Assembly: GCA_900088475.1 (NCBI GenBank)
Contig: FLMG01000742.1
Location: 3,508 to 67,507 of the forward strand
DNA from: Hyphochytrium catenoides
Taxonomy: Eukaryota > Protista > Hyphochytriomycota
DNA length: 64,000 nucleotides
Reading direction: 5' to 3'
The position numbers were made by a program, and so were the translations under genes. This document shows, piece after piece, positions 38,801 through 51,400 of the stretch. The notes beneath the pieces are model-generated. The model saw only the letters and a list, made by a program, of their open reading frames with translations, was not told the origin of the DNA and ran no database searches. Numbering within the stretch: position 1 is the stretch's first letter; the number at the start of each line of letters is the position of its first letter.

Positions 38801-41800
38801 GTAACACTTAGAAAAGAGTAATAATTTAAGAGGGGTCTCCAGCAAGCGTTTGAGATCATAATACAGGGTATGACGAATGAAGACGAGTCCTTGCATACCG
38901 ACAACGTCCTTATACAGATAATCGGTGAACTTGTTGGTCCATTTTGAGGCCCAGACTCCGACTGCTGACTTGACTGGTTGGCAGTTGACGCGAAGCCACC
39001 AGCAGTCTACAATTGGCCGAAGAGCAGCTACAGCCGCTCCTACCTCGGAATATTTTCTAATTTCTTGGTCGAACCGGGCAAGGTCCAGGAATACGTTTCC
39101 TGTGGGTGACGGCTTCTGCAATAGCAGAGAAGATAGGAAAGGTGCGATACTGAGCAGACGAATATGTGGCCATCATAGTCATAAATAACCTCAGCTTCCT
39201 AGAAAAAGGACTGAACTGATTGACAAAGCAGAGGAGGATTCGTTATGGGCAACCCCTTCGAGTCTTTAGCTTTAAGAGGGGAGCGACGGCGAACCTTGGC
39301 CTCTTTTAGAAAGTTCTGGAAGATAGCCTCCATATCTGTATCCCAGAGATAGGAGAAGTGCTCATAGACCCCTTGCAGCTTACGAAGCTCCAGCTCATTT
39401 TCGGCCAGTTGTTCATTTATATTAGCAAGGATCATGCAGACCTAAAGAAGTGAAAGAGGTCGATAGGTCAGCGGTCTATCGCGGATCTATCACTCACATA
39501 TTACCTTGGTCTATAGTTGAATTACTTTCAATGATATTTCCTCTACGTACCTCAACATCCGCTTGCATTTCCCTCATAATTGTACCCTCTGCATCCAGCC
39601 TTTTGACAATTGTGGATATCATCATAACGCTGTCGATAAGGCCATCGACAAACTCGCGCAAGCCTCGACCCCTCTCGGGAAATACGTTGGGCTGATATGC
39701 AAGCTCCATGGCTAGCAGTTAATAACATCGACATTCAAAAAAGTGGCGTAAGCAACATGGAAGCAGCGACTGTGAGAAAGCAACGCGATCAAAGATCGAT
39801 CGCTGCTGAAGATCGAGACTTGCCGGAGCAGACTAAGTAGCTTACCGTTCTTTGTGCGGTTCAGCACTAGGTTCAGCTGGATTTCAAGCATCGGAGGGAG
39901 TTTGTCTTTCCCTTTTGCTCCTCTGGGGTCAATTTGATCCGCGAGCTGCTGCAAATTCGTTCGGATAGTCCTTGCAACACTGTACAAACAGGAAGGAAGA
40001 GAAGCAGATACTGTATGTAAGACCGCTATTCAAACCCTTCTCAACACTGTACAGGAACGAAGACAAGCAAAAAGATTTTTGCTCTTGAGTTGCACGCTTA
40101 CCCTTCGACGAGAATGTTATTGAAGAACTCGCCGTACGCCTTCCAATCTGGTGCTGTTGCTGAGACTTTTAGCACCTTGTTGCTCTCCTTCACCAGCTTT
40201 TGTATCTCGCTCGACCCTTCCTTTATTTCACTGAACCTAGAAAGGAAACAGATGAAGAGTTAAGAGAAAAGGCATGCGAGGAGAAGTGAAGGCAGGAGCT
40301 AGTGCCGCTATCCTACCTTGCCGTCTTAATTGCTTTGTTCGCACGCTCAGCTTCTTCTACCGTGACAGGCTTATTCTTTCTCTCGATGATGGGCTTACTG
40401 TTCCAACTAAGGAGTATCTCCTCGGCCTATGATGCGGAGTGCACGGGCATCAATCTAAGTGTAGGTTCCATTCTGGGTGGGCAACACATTCTCCGTCATA
40501 CCCGTGACACGTTCATCTTTAGTGTCGTCAAAATCTCATTGGCGGCTTTGACTGAGTCCATGCTCTCTTGGATAAAATCGTCGATGGCTAACCGTAAGGT
40601 ACAGCAACAGAGGANNNNNTTACGGCCTTGATAAGAGGGGTCTCGACAGGCAGGATGGTGGTCATGACATTATTGTACATGCTCACTATAAGATCCAAGT
40701 TACCGGTCCAGCGGCGGAACAACTGCAAGAGATGAGAATGAGATTACATTTGGCAGGTCACCTTACTATCATTGGGAAGGCTAAGAAGGGAGTGGCGGCA
40801 GAGAGAAAAAGTGACAGATTAGGTGATGATGCTACCTCTCCCTTCTGGTAAACTTGCAGGGCGGAGTCGGGGATGGTGTTCTTGAGGAGAAGGAAGTATT
40901 TGACCTCCCTCAGCAACCGGACCAGGGCGGGGTCAAAGTTGACCTAACGCAACCATTTGTCAGGACAAAGAAGCATAAACGGTAGGCATGAAGAAAAAGG
41001 ATCTAATCTTAGGCAATAATGCAAGGTACTGATAAGGAGTAAGGCGGCCCTACCTGCACAAGCGAAGATTGTGGATCCCGACTAAGAAGATTAAGCTTCA
41101 GCTTAGCTTGCGACGAAGCCTCAACGTCTCGACCCCACTCTGCAAGCTTCTGATTCTCATACTCCTATAGAGAAGAATTTGATAAATGGGAGGTAGCCAT
41201 AAAGATCTCCATGATGAGGATTGCAATCCACAATACGGGTGGCCCTTCCGCTCCTCGCTCGCGATATTTTTCAAATGCTTGTCTCCGACCTACCTGGAGG
41301 CTGGAAATTATAGCTGCGTACAGCTTACAGACTTCTTTTGACTCTTCCCTACGTGGCAATTGATACAACGACGTAGGTGACAGGGCGGCAGACGAGGAGA
41401 TGAGAAGGTTATTACAAGTTAACCAGCAAGATTCTATGCTGGTCGGACTGGCACTTTATAAAGCTTACAGGCTGTTGTCGGGTTTGAATCTTATAAGTTC
41501 ACCAAGGAAGATAGAAGTCAATGTCTCTCAGTGCAATGACCCAAGAAACAGCTGTTTTACCTGTCAAGTATTGATTTTTTGAACTGCTTTAGCTTGTCCA
41601 TGGGCAGGTTGATCCTCTCGACCAGGCCGCGGCACCAAGTCAGAGCGCCCGCAATGGGTGGCAAATTGTGCGCGATAATAGGGTTGTCCCGGTGCTCAAG
41701 GAAGATCTCCTGAACTGCCTTCAAATCTTGACTGTATGCCTGGACGAGAGCAATGTGTTTCTTTTCAAGCTCGTCTTGAATGATAGGTCGATCTAGGAAT

Positions 41801-44566
41801 CCATCAAAGCTATCAAGAAGCTTGAACTTTCCCATGATGGTAGCGCAGTCATCGAACGCCTAGAATGGGAGGGTAGACGTAATGGGACAAAGAGGAGGAA
41901 TCAGACGGTTGTTAGAGCATCCCTTGATGTGACTTCAACGGTAAGAAAGATAGTAGCCGGAAGGCTCAGGAAAAGCTTCCACAAGAGCCTACCTGCACCA
42001 TAACAGAGCCTAGTCTTCTCTCTAGCTCCTTGATCCGGGTCCTAAACTCATAGTAATCCTCCTCAAATTTCTTTGCTCCGACGTCCATTATGTCATAAGG
42101 CACATGCTGGAACTGGTGCACCGCAGCCTACACAAGCAGGTGACCCCAAAATACCGAAGCCAAACGGTAAGTGGAATAAGTGCATCGAGGAGATAAAAGA
42201 AGCAGTGATACGGATCAAAAGCACACAGGAGACATAGAACCAAGCAGCCACTTACGAGAAACTCGCTATGGATTTGCTGGACGCTTTGCGTAAGGTTTTT
42301 CCCTTTCGTCCCTCCAATCTCAATTTTTGATAGCTTGCTGAACTGTTTGTCCGCCAAAGTCGCAAGGTCAGTCCATACGGTGGCGGAAGCTAGCGAAGCA
42401 GTACGTACATAAAGAGAAGACTAGCGGTAAGGAAGACAGGAAGTATCGGATGGGAGGCACAGTACAGCTGCTTGGAGAGTATAACTTATCCGGCAACGGA
42501 GCATTCAACCACTAACCTGAACGATGGTCTGAGTGAGCTCAAGGATATCGTGGCAGCGCTCAAGAAAGCTATCGAGTCGCAGAAAAAGAGCACTATTTTG
42601 CACCCGCCAGGTGTTGTTCGGACACTCAGCGTTGGCAGTCGCCTTGTAGTCAAAGTATGTGCTCTTGAATTGACCGCACACTCTGAGAGTTATCTTGAGC
42701 TGGTCAACAGCAGTAGCTGGGGAGGAGAAAAGAGAACTTAGTCGTGGTTTGAGCTTCTACCGACCACGCTTGTTACTTTTGCCTGCGATCAGACTGTGGT
42801 ATGACCTGCGTTGCTTCCTATCGGTATTTTTAACACGAATGCACCTTACAACGTCCCGTCCAGTCTTTTACCTGCTTCATCACTCTCAATAAGCTGCCAT
42901 ATCTGCTGCCCGTTAAGGTACTTCGTCGCTTGATTGATCACCGCATTGCAGATCTCTCTAATAAGGACGACAAGCCGCGCAGGAGTGTTATAGTGCTTGC
43001 TATTCTTCCATATCAGGAGTATAATGTGCAGCATGGGTTTAAATAGCTCGTGAAGAGATGGGAAGTCTGAGCAGTTATTAAGGCGGCTGAACCAATCCTC
43101 CAGGGTGCGCAAGTACTTCATATTGTCATTTGCTGCATGCAAGAGAGAGCGAAGTCGAAAGCCTTAGTTTGTAGATTTCTGGGGAAAGTAAGTTATGCAA
43201 AGAGCGATGGAGTAAGTAATTGCTACACAGTCAAACGCTAAGGAATAGGCTTTAGAGCAGTGTAGGTAACTCTATACTGATGGCCGATAGCACTCGTAGT
43301 GTTCCTTCGAGCTCAACTCATACCTTCCAAGCGTGCAGCAAAAACCTCTTTACACAGTCTAGCGAAAGTACTGCAGTAGGTGCTTTTCGATTGATCGAGA
43401 GCACGCAGGACCTTGCGCACTGTGGGTTTCTGACCGTCATCATTAGCAACAAATATCGGGCATTCGAGGCACAGCGCAAAGGAGACATAATACCTGAAGT
43501 TGATCGAAGACGTAATTAAGATTTACTGCCTTCACTCTCCAAAATTCAAGCTCCTTCTCAGGAGTAGGATGGTGTCCTTGCTTTAGAAGGGTCTCAGGAT
43601 CCTGACCGCGTTGTTAACAACACAGAGTGAAAAGACGTGAGCTGCCTATGAAATATGCAAACAACAAGAAGCGTATCTTAGTGTATTCGTTGCAACTGTA
43701 CTACCTGCTTGAGCACATCCTTGATTTGCTTGGTCCAGGTGACAATTGCGCCTTCGAGCACTGAGATACGGTTCTTCAGGTCTTCGTTGGGGTCGTCTGT
43801 GGTGTGGGGAAGAGGAAGGACCGGCTTTCCCTGATGGTATAAGAAAGATGGGACGACACGTTCAGGAATAAGCGGAAAGGACGATCCACATTGCGAGGCA
43901 GATAGGTGGCAAACCTACCTGTAAATGGCCAGCTGTGATCGCAACAACTGACATGTAGTTCTGGAACTTATCCATGATGTCTTTTGTGACCATCTCACCC
44001 CAGGCGGCCGAGTTATGCGGGTTAGTGAAGATCGGCAGGTAGATTTCCTCAGCAACTCTTGAAAGTTGCGCTATCGTTGCAATGGCAAGAGATCGCAAGA
44101 GTAGCCGTTACCCTTGATCCGAAGAGATCAATAACTCAGTGGCCTTACCAATTGGTTCAGAGTCTATCTCGGTACAAAGGACCACTTTATCAAAATTGTC
44201 CTTATCCAGCGCCACTGACTCCGATTTCACGAATGAGATGCTCTTCCCTTTGTTGAACTTTGACGGCATAGTTAGGGAGGCAACTACATTTTCACTGGAG
44301 AATACCAAGTAGATTCTCTCCGGGGAGCTGATGAACTCGGACATCACCGACCTTGATTGATCAGCAGAAGGTGTTAACTTGTCAGCGAGTGCGAACAGCT
44401 CTATCCTTTTTCGTAAGCTAAATCCCTACATATTCTCCTCGGTGTCGAAAGATTTCTTGAACCTGGCTAGCTGAAGATGCTTGTAAGCTGTACACACTTT
44501 TGCCTCGATCAGTGGTACGCATGCGTTCGCCTGCTGCCCGGCGGCAGGCACAGGAGGTGACGGCAT
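20821..44566 (-). CDS. Axonemal outer-arm dynein heavy chain, beta-type (DNAH9/11/17, Chlamydomonas ODA4-like), ~80 exons
   Basis: Traced from ATG 44566 ([10 protein letters not shown]) to TAG 20821. It contains the N-terminal stem, linker (FPRFYFVSN), P1 [19 protein letters not shown] with CFDEFNRI and [24 protein letters not shown]2 GPAGCAKT, P3 GGAGTGKT and P4 [10 protein letters not shown]. It also has the stalk/[18 protein letters not shown] and the C-terminal [29 protein letters not shown]. The P1 context GAPAGPAG and the C-terminus fit the beta-OAD class. Confidence 0.97.
38547..38610. other. Assembly gap hiding part of a dynein exon
   Basis: On the minus strand the reading frame [15 protein letters not shown] emerges from the N run with no acceptor site. 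Confidence 0.85.
40615..40619. other. 5-N assembly gap probably hiding dynein sequence (intron and likely an exon)
   Basis: The exon ..VETPLIKA|gtaa runs into Ns. The next acceptor (ggttag|CC ATC GAC) is phase 1 and only about 30 nt away, so the phases do not join as written. Confidence 0.75.
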
Positions 44567-46239
44567 GATTGCGTGCTGTTATGGTCCTTCAGAGGGAGTG
44601 GTTATGCTGGAGCGGTAACAGGCTGGACCAACGTCAGGACAAAGTGAAAGGAATCATTCCTAGAACAATAGCTAGCACACTGGGGAATCGCGACAATGGG
44701 CCAATATAGCGGCACACCACCGCTGTCAGCTAGAAGAACTAAAAGAGCCTGGTACTCGATACGTGAGAAGTCCAAACTCCGAGATAGAGTGCGGGAACAG
44801 ACTGATGCTGCTGCTGGTGCTGAAGTTCTAGTTTGACCCTGGATCCTTGGGTCGGAGCTGCAGATAGCAGGCAAAAGGTTGAAGGCTCGGACAGCGGCGC
44901 GATCCGAGGCGGCGGAAGGAGGAGGAGGAAGTGCGCTGGCAGGAAAGGAAGAGTCGGGCCGCTGTGACCTTTGGGCAACGGCAGATCCAGAATATCAACA
45001 GAACAATGCCCACAAAGCTGAGAGTGTGAAAAATGGGTTAATTGACAATAGGCCTGGTTTGACCGTTTCAGGTAGGCAGTCTGTCATCAAGTGGGGGCAT
45101 GGGGCTGGTTACAGCTCTGGTTACCCAACAAAAACTCTAGGAATATAACGTTACTCCTGTGTGATCCCTTTATTTGTGTGTGTTCCTGTTCACTCACTTT
45201 ACAGTAGGGCAATCGCTCCTGCTACTTTCCTCCTCCTAAAACGGAAAAATAGGCAATGCTAACTACTGCGAAGGAGGCTCTCTTGGTCTCATCAGTAACT
45301 CTTCGCCATCACGGTCATTATTAGCAGGACTCTGCGTTGAACACCTCAGCCGTAACATCTGCAGCAAAGAAAGAACCACCAGCCAGTCAACAATCTAGAC
45401 AAGGCAAGCAAAAGAAAGGAATCGCTTCAGAAAAGGAGGTCCTAGTATTATGAAGACCGAAAGCCATGACGGCCAATAAATATGAGGTTGAGAAGCATCA
45501 TGTGAAGGGCGACGATCACATCCTTGTTGAAGCTTCACAATCCGCTGCACACCGGGCGTTGCCCTCTCAACGTCTCCCAACTACTAGTAGGACAAGCGGC
45601 AGCCCCACAGCCTTAGAGAGAGCTTTATACTTCGTCAATTGGTATTCTCAGAAAAGCGCCCTGATAGTAGCCGGCATGGCTGCTGCCGAACGAAGAGTTC
45701 TGGATTGCAGGTCTTGATGGACACATTAAAGCGGTGTGCTGAAAAGTAGTTCAAAAGCCTCGAAGCAATAAATGTTTTCTAGGCCTCTGCCGGAAGGAGG
45801 TGACGAGGTTCAAGAGATAGCTTTTGAAGTTCCGATGAAGCCATGATTATCTCAACTCGAGCGACGACGACTAAGCCATGATGATTCTTGAAGGCATCAA
45901 TTAACAGAACTCCTCTGACAAGAAGCAGCAGTGCGCGCAAAAAGATGAACATCTAATAACAAACGCCAACATCACTCCAAAATCGAATGCCGATGATCAA
46001 ACCTTCCATTGAAGCCAAAGAATGGGAAAAACCGGACGAAAAGCCCCCGTGTTGGGTGAGAACTAGCTCATAAGCGAGCCTTCGAACGGAAGGTCTAGTT
46101 TGCAGAAGACAAGAGGGCCTTGGCACCCGTCAATCGAACAGATTGAGATAGATATAGGGTGCAAAGAAGGACGAGAGATAAAGCTGAGACATCAGATACC
46201 GCAAATACTTTACTGGCCCCGCCCTGCGAGAGGCCAAGT

Positions 46240-46581
46240 GAGTCTTCGAATCCCCGTTGCATGACTGTCAGCCTTCCCATGCAGCTGTATACGTTGTTCC
46301 CCTGTACCTCTCTATCATTCCTCATCAGACCCTTCCAAAAAAAAAGAGCTCCGTTCCCCCCGATGGGTGGCCACCACTAGCCCTTACCGCTGTAGTAGCC
46401 CAAGCCGCATGCACCTTTTCACCATTAGCAAGCATCGTTTGGGTGATCAGAGTAGCCGACCACGGGTGTTCTATTTTCATAGCAGGCCGTCTGATGAGGA
46501 ATGAAGGTAGGGCACAGTGGAAGGTATACATCATCTGCATGGGGAGGCTGCTGACAGTCATTCAACGCTACTCGAAGAGTC
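46240..46581. mobile_element. MITE-like element or hairpin: ~90-bp imperfect inverted repeats around a ~160-bp spacer
   Basis: 46240-46330 (gagtcttcgaa..cgttgcatgactgtcag..cccatgcag..tatac..tcattcctcatcagac) matches the reverse complement of 46489-46581 (gactcttcgag..cgttgaatgactgtcag..cccatgcag..tatac..tcattcctcatcagac). No clear target-site duplication. Confidence 0.6.
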
Positions 46582-48116
46582 AAATGGTCTCTGACAGGCG
46601 ATGGCACTTATTATCGTTCACCTACCATCCTCCTCCTCAGCCTCAAGCAACAGCTATAACCTCTCTTATGAAAACCACAACCCCTTGAGGAAGAAAGGCT
46701 CAGAGGAGAGAGGTGATGTGCTCAGTAGACAAGGCTATTGCCTTCACCATCCTCATGGTTCCAGGAAAGAAGCTTTTGAAAAGCGTCTTTCTGGCCAGAG
46801 CCTCAGGCTTGATTGGCCCGACTATCCGAAAGGTTGCTAGTGGGAACTGCATGATCAGAATTAGAGGACAATATTAATGGCGACGCTGCCCTCTGTCAAC
46901 AAGTCAGCCTTGGTTAATTTGTTAATTCCTAACAGCTTTCTGCCGCTTAAAAAAGTCACTTGGTCGCCCTCTCACCACGTCGCCGTGAGAGAGAAAGATG
47001 GTGATGGTCCGCTGCAGCTCGTTTACAAGGACATACGTCGTCCCAGCACTATCACGGAAACAGAAATGGACCTGAACAGGACCAGTGAGCCGTACTACTA
47101 TGCAATGGAGACTTCTGCTACTCTTAGTAGCGTCTGCTGATTGTCATCCACAAAATTTCGTCTAAGACAACAACCAAGATATGTTTCCTAGCATTAGAGA
47201 GAGAGGAAGAGAACGTTCTCCGTCCCTCCTCCTTATGGTGGACAGATGTCTCCCCCGTATTAAGCGCAGACAGAAGTGTTGAAATTGCCGCTGTCGCATT
47301 CTATCGATCTCGACAAGGCTTCAAGTGACTGAGTCAGGGCTTGGCCACGACTTGGGTCCTTGAAGCCAGAACCAGCCAGTAATGGTCGTTCTCTTGCTTA
47401 CCTAAGGCTGGCACCTACCAGTTATTATTTGCGGGACGGACTACATTAGCTCACTTTTTCCTGCTTCAGCGGAGGAGTGATTGTGGACGGCCAAGTATGG
47501 GGCCTTGTGTGTTGAGATGGCAGGATGTGCAGGCTCACATGCTGGAAGGCCAGACATACATAGGCATTCACGGGGCAGAGGCGGTACCAATCCATTGCGC
47601 TGCGGAAATAAAGAACGACAACTGATATACCGTTCATTGATACCAGAGCTGACCAGAGCCGGAGTTTTAAGGTTTGTTCCTGTTTCTCGCGAACTATTGC
47701 TTGTTGACGGTTGGAATAAGTTCCTTTCACTGATGAGCTGCTTCCTGATTTTGGGAGATATGGTGGTGGTAAGTTGTGAAAGATACTTGCAGACGAAGGG
47801 GAGAGAGGTCGAGCACGGAGTCGCCACACGAAGAAGACAGTAGTTACACATGACTTATTAGCGGCGTTTGACAATACCAAAAAGGAAGTAGATACATTTG
47901 ATGGCGGCGGGTGATGTCAACAGTTCTTGAAAGGGAGCGCTCACTCTACCATATCATTTAACATCTGTTATGAACTCAATAATTTTGAAATGCTCGAATA
48001 TGCTGCTCTTTGCCCCTCAACACTCCCAGCAGGGACGACGGAGCAAGCTCCGACTCCCAATCTTCAATTAATTTAGCCTTTGGCAGCTAGGACAGGTGCT
48101 AGGTGAAGTAGCCATT

Positions 48117-48422
48117 CTAGCAGTCTGTGACCTTGAAAGCCTTCAGGTCCTTCGAGGCGGTTTTGGACCAGTCAGGGCAGCTAAAGCCAACCTGGCTGCC
48201 GCAGCCAGAGTCCGAGAACAGCCGAATGCAGCAAGACTCCGACCATCCGCGGTCCCACTCGAACTTCTGGCCCGCCTTGTGGTTGATTTTCGTGCATCCC
48301 TTGTTCTTTTTGCCATCAGCGACGTTTCCGTTTCCGTAGACGAAAGTCCAGGCATCGGTGGCTGGCAAAGCTGCCGCGCTGAGGAGGGCCACAACGGCGC
48401 ACGCTGCTGCAATAATCTTCAT
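48117..48422 (-). CDS. Intronless 101-aa small secreted cysteine-rich protein
   Basis: ATG at 48422 with a strong signal peptide (MKIIAAACAVVALLSAAALPATDA). The mature part, WTFVYGNG..GCTKINH..FEWD..SCCIRLFSDSGCGSQVGFSCPDWSKTASKDLKAFKVTDC, has 6 Cys. Many codons end in C/G. Confidence 0.85.
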   Translation of the reverse strand: MKIIAAACAVVALLSAAALPATDAWTFVYGNGNVADGKKNKGCTKINHKAGQKFEWDRGWSESCCIRLFSDSGCGSQVGFSCPDWSKTASKDLKAFKVTDC

Positions 48423-51400
48423 GGTTTGGTAAATAGAACGTACGAGGTAGGTAGGCTTTGCAGTTGGTGGTATGGGGAGGACCGGCCTTTGGCGACAGGC
48501 GGAAAGTTGTTTACTGAGGATGCTGTCTCGCCTCATTTACAGGTCAAAGGAGCCTCAGCCCGACTGCTGCTGTGCTTCGAGATAGTAGTACGAATAGTTA
48601 TTTTACTGCCTGCCTCGTCCCCTGTGTGGTTATTAGGCAGGACCTGTGGACGACGAGCATCAACTCAAGGAGTTAGCCACAGGGTCTGGCACAAGGGCAT
48701 GATCTCTCAAAAATGTTTCCATCTTGTTGCGCTTCTTCCCACCTCGCCAAGGAGTAGCCTCCCTCTCGTCGCCAATGGTGGAAGAAGTTGCAAAAAAAGT
48801 CAAGGAGATGACAAGGTAGGTCAGGTCATTGTGATAAATGGCGACAATAATACATTATTAGTCAAGGCAGACGTAGAGGAAAGAAGTAATTGTAGAGCAG
48901 GCGAATCTTCCAGGGTCGCTCCCCTTAATACTACGCGACATTTTTATGAAGGTGGCCATGCCATGCCCAGCGTCCGCCCTTAGAAATCCGGCAGGACGAT
49001 ACACTTTTCACCAGACAATGAGCAGGGACGACCTCATCTACTGGATCCAGAGTCCAAACGCTGTCTTCTGCCTCCAGGAGTTTGAGGTTGAAAGTTCCTT
49101 CTCCCTCAGCGTTCTTCAGAGAGAAGTCGATGCAACGACAAAGAGTCAGCGCAGTTCTATTTCCTACAGGGAAGGTGGAAGGAAGGGTTCCCAGTAGTTG
49201 GGTTGCAGAGTAGAACTAGCGCCGTCTTCCATTGGTGGTAGGCAGTACAAGTAGTACTGTCGAACCAGTCGTCTTTCCTCTGCTGATGATGCCACTCATG
49301 AGGAAATGGAGCAGCTGTACATCAGGCCGTTTTCGGTCTTTAGCATGCCATGACCTCCTGCTGCCTAGTACCACCCCAGAAAACCTGCATCCATCCAAAG
49401 AACAGTTCTATCACCACTGAATCCGTAAACGCGTAGTCGTCATTATACTTACCCTAACCTAGGAGGCTCATGTACGAGCGCCAAGACAAAGCTAGGCGGT
49501 TAACCATATCGTTATTGCACCCTGTGGTCGTCTCCATTATGCGAGTGCGAGGAAGAAAGCGCGACGAAAAATTGTCCTTTCCTTTGGTCAGCGCTGGACG
49601 ACAATCAGTGAGCTTGACTCCTCCAGCTACTGACGACCACGGGCGAGGTGACGAGGTGACGATAAAAGGGACTCAAGCTGGACTGAACTAGATGGATCTA
49701 GCTGATCTTTGCTGATCAACAAAGTCGTGTGGTTCCTCCACCCACAATCTCATACACAGTCCCATGAACAGCACCGACATGATCATCTCCACGCTACCTG
49801 TCCCACTGCATTGTCGCAGTTCTCCATTAGCAAATAGAAGGACGGCGAACAGTCATCCAGAAGCAAAAAGAAAGACAAGATGACCCTCTTCTCATTCCCT
49901 TCGCTCCTATTGGTGCTTTCCGGCGTTTATGAAAAGGCGGTCCAAGTATACTGGTGTGGTCCCTATAATGTTCCTTTGGCCACAATATTACCCCTAGATG
50001 ATGTCTATAACCGCGCAACGCGCATCCAGCAGACCACCATGATGGCGTGGTGAGGAAGCGGTAGGTTCTTGGGCATTCGGATGTGAGCGGGGCCATCCGT
50101 GCCAATCATGGTGCTTCTTCCATTTGGTCCCCACAGTGTCACGTCAGCTAGGGAGAGGGCGGGGGCTACTACTACGGCCGGGGTGAGGCTTCTCAAACAA
50201 CAACGTTATGGCTAGGAACTTTTTAAAGTTTGTGGGTCCAATCGCCCACCACCATATATATATATATCGTGGTCACCACATCAAGAAGGAAGAACAACGC
50301 CTAATAGGGTCTTATCACTGTCCAAGATGAGGATGTTTTGGCCCAACACTTCTGCACTTTGGATACTGCAGTGTAGGCGGAGCTAGAAGGAGAGAATGGA
50401 GGCTCGGTGGTGTGTTCTAACTACTAGAAACGGAGAATCAAGATGAACAATCAAGATGGAGAGTGATGGAGTATGGATGACCATTGCTTTGGACCAGAAC
50501 GCTGCTCAGCTACTAGTATTCTGTTTTCTCTTCCTCAGGAGGCCAATGAGCTGAGGTTACTCGTAGCGTTGAAAAAGAGGCAGCCGCTGCCGCATAGATC
50601 TATCATAGAACTATGCCTTCGGCTGCCAGTAGTGTGGAGCGTCATCGCCTCCTGTGATCGAAGTATCCAGTGTCCTGCAGAGCGCCACCATGGTGCCTTC
50701 TGTGGCTTGGAGGGGAGCTCGTTGAGAATTGGGCATCAACATCATCAGGACAGCGGTGGTGCCCAACAACAGCAACGGATAATCTTACTGAAGGATCAGA
50801 AGGATCTGGATATCCGTGGGGCATAACGACGGGAATTGAGGGTGCAAAGAAGGATGAAAAGTCCTACCTCCTCTTCGGACCTCCTCAAAGCCCCTCGTCT
50901 CTCAGCAGGTCAGTAGAACTAGTTAGCGATGCAGGAACTCTGTGGCTGAGGGTGTGAGGTGTAGTATGAACCAAATGCAGAAGAAGAAGAAGAAGAGAAA
51001 GAACCGGAGCAGCAGGTGGTTTCGGATCGCTTGTCGGATGCTATGAAACACAAGAACAAACAAAGAAGAGAGCCTGGTAATCTAGCGAGCGCCTTCGTAA
51101 GGTGGCGGAGACCTCCTCCCACTAACTCTTGATCTTTGTGCAGCGCGACGTAGTTCTCTGCGTGTAAATAAAGATGCCTTTTTCCCTTGCTTGGTCAAGA
51201 TTTTTTTTCCACTCGTCTCTTCCATCCAGTTTTAGCCGCTTCGTTTGTTTCTTTCTTTCTCTGCTGCCCTGAACATCATTATTATGCTTCTTTTGGTGCC
51301 AAGATAACTTGAGGGCAGCCAACAGTAGTAGGAGAGGAGGAGAAGAGGACAACGTCGAGGAGGACGACAAATACGACTTCGGCGTAGGAGAAAGCTTCTC

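Noticed and set aside
20821-44566. Alternative genetic code or stop-codon read-through explaining the fragmented ORFs
   Set aside because: The breaks I traced in dynein and guanine deaminase are all explained by GT(GC)-AG introns or N gaps. I found no in-exon stops, and both genes end in TAG.
20821-44566. Introner-like repetitive introns or non-spliceosomal introns
   Set aside because: By eye the introns share no extended sequence or terminal inverted repeats and their boundaries are canonical. Not tested computationally.
44570-45200. RFX X-box upstream of the ciliary dynein
   Set aside because: Only half-site-like GGCAAC/GTTAC words are present, with no convincing palindromic X-box.
48096-48983. 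295-aa plus-strand ORF
   Set aside because: It is the antisense shadow of the secreted-protein gene, starts at a non-ATG codon and has no protein-like features.
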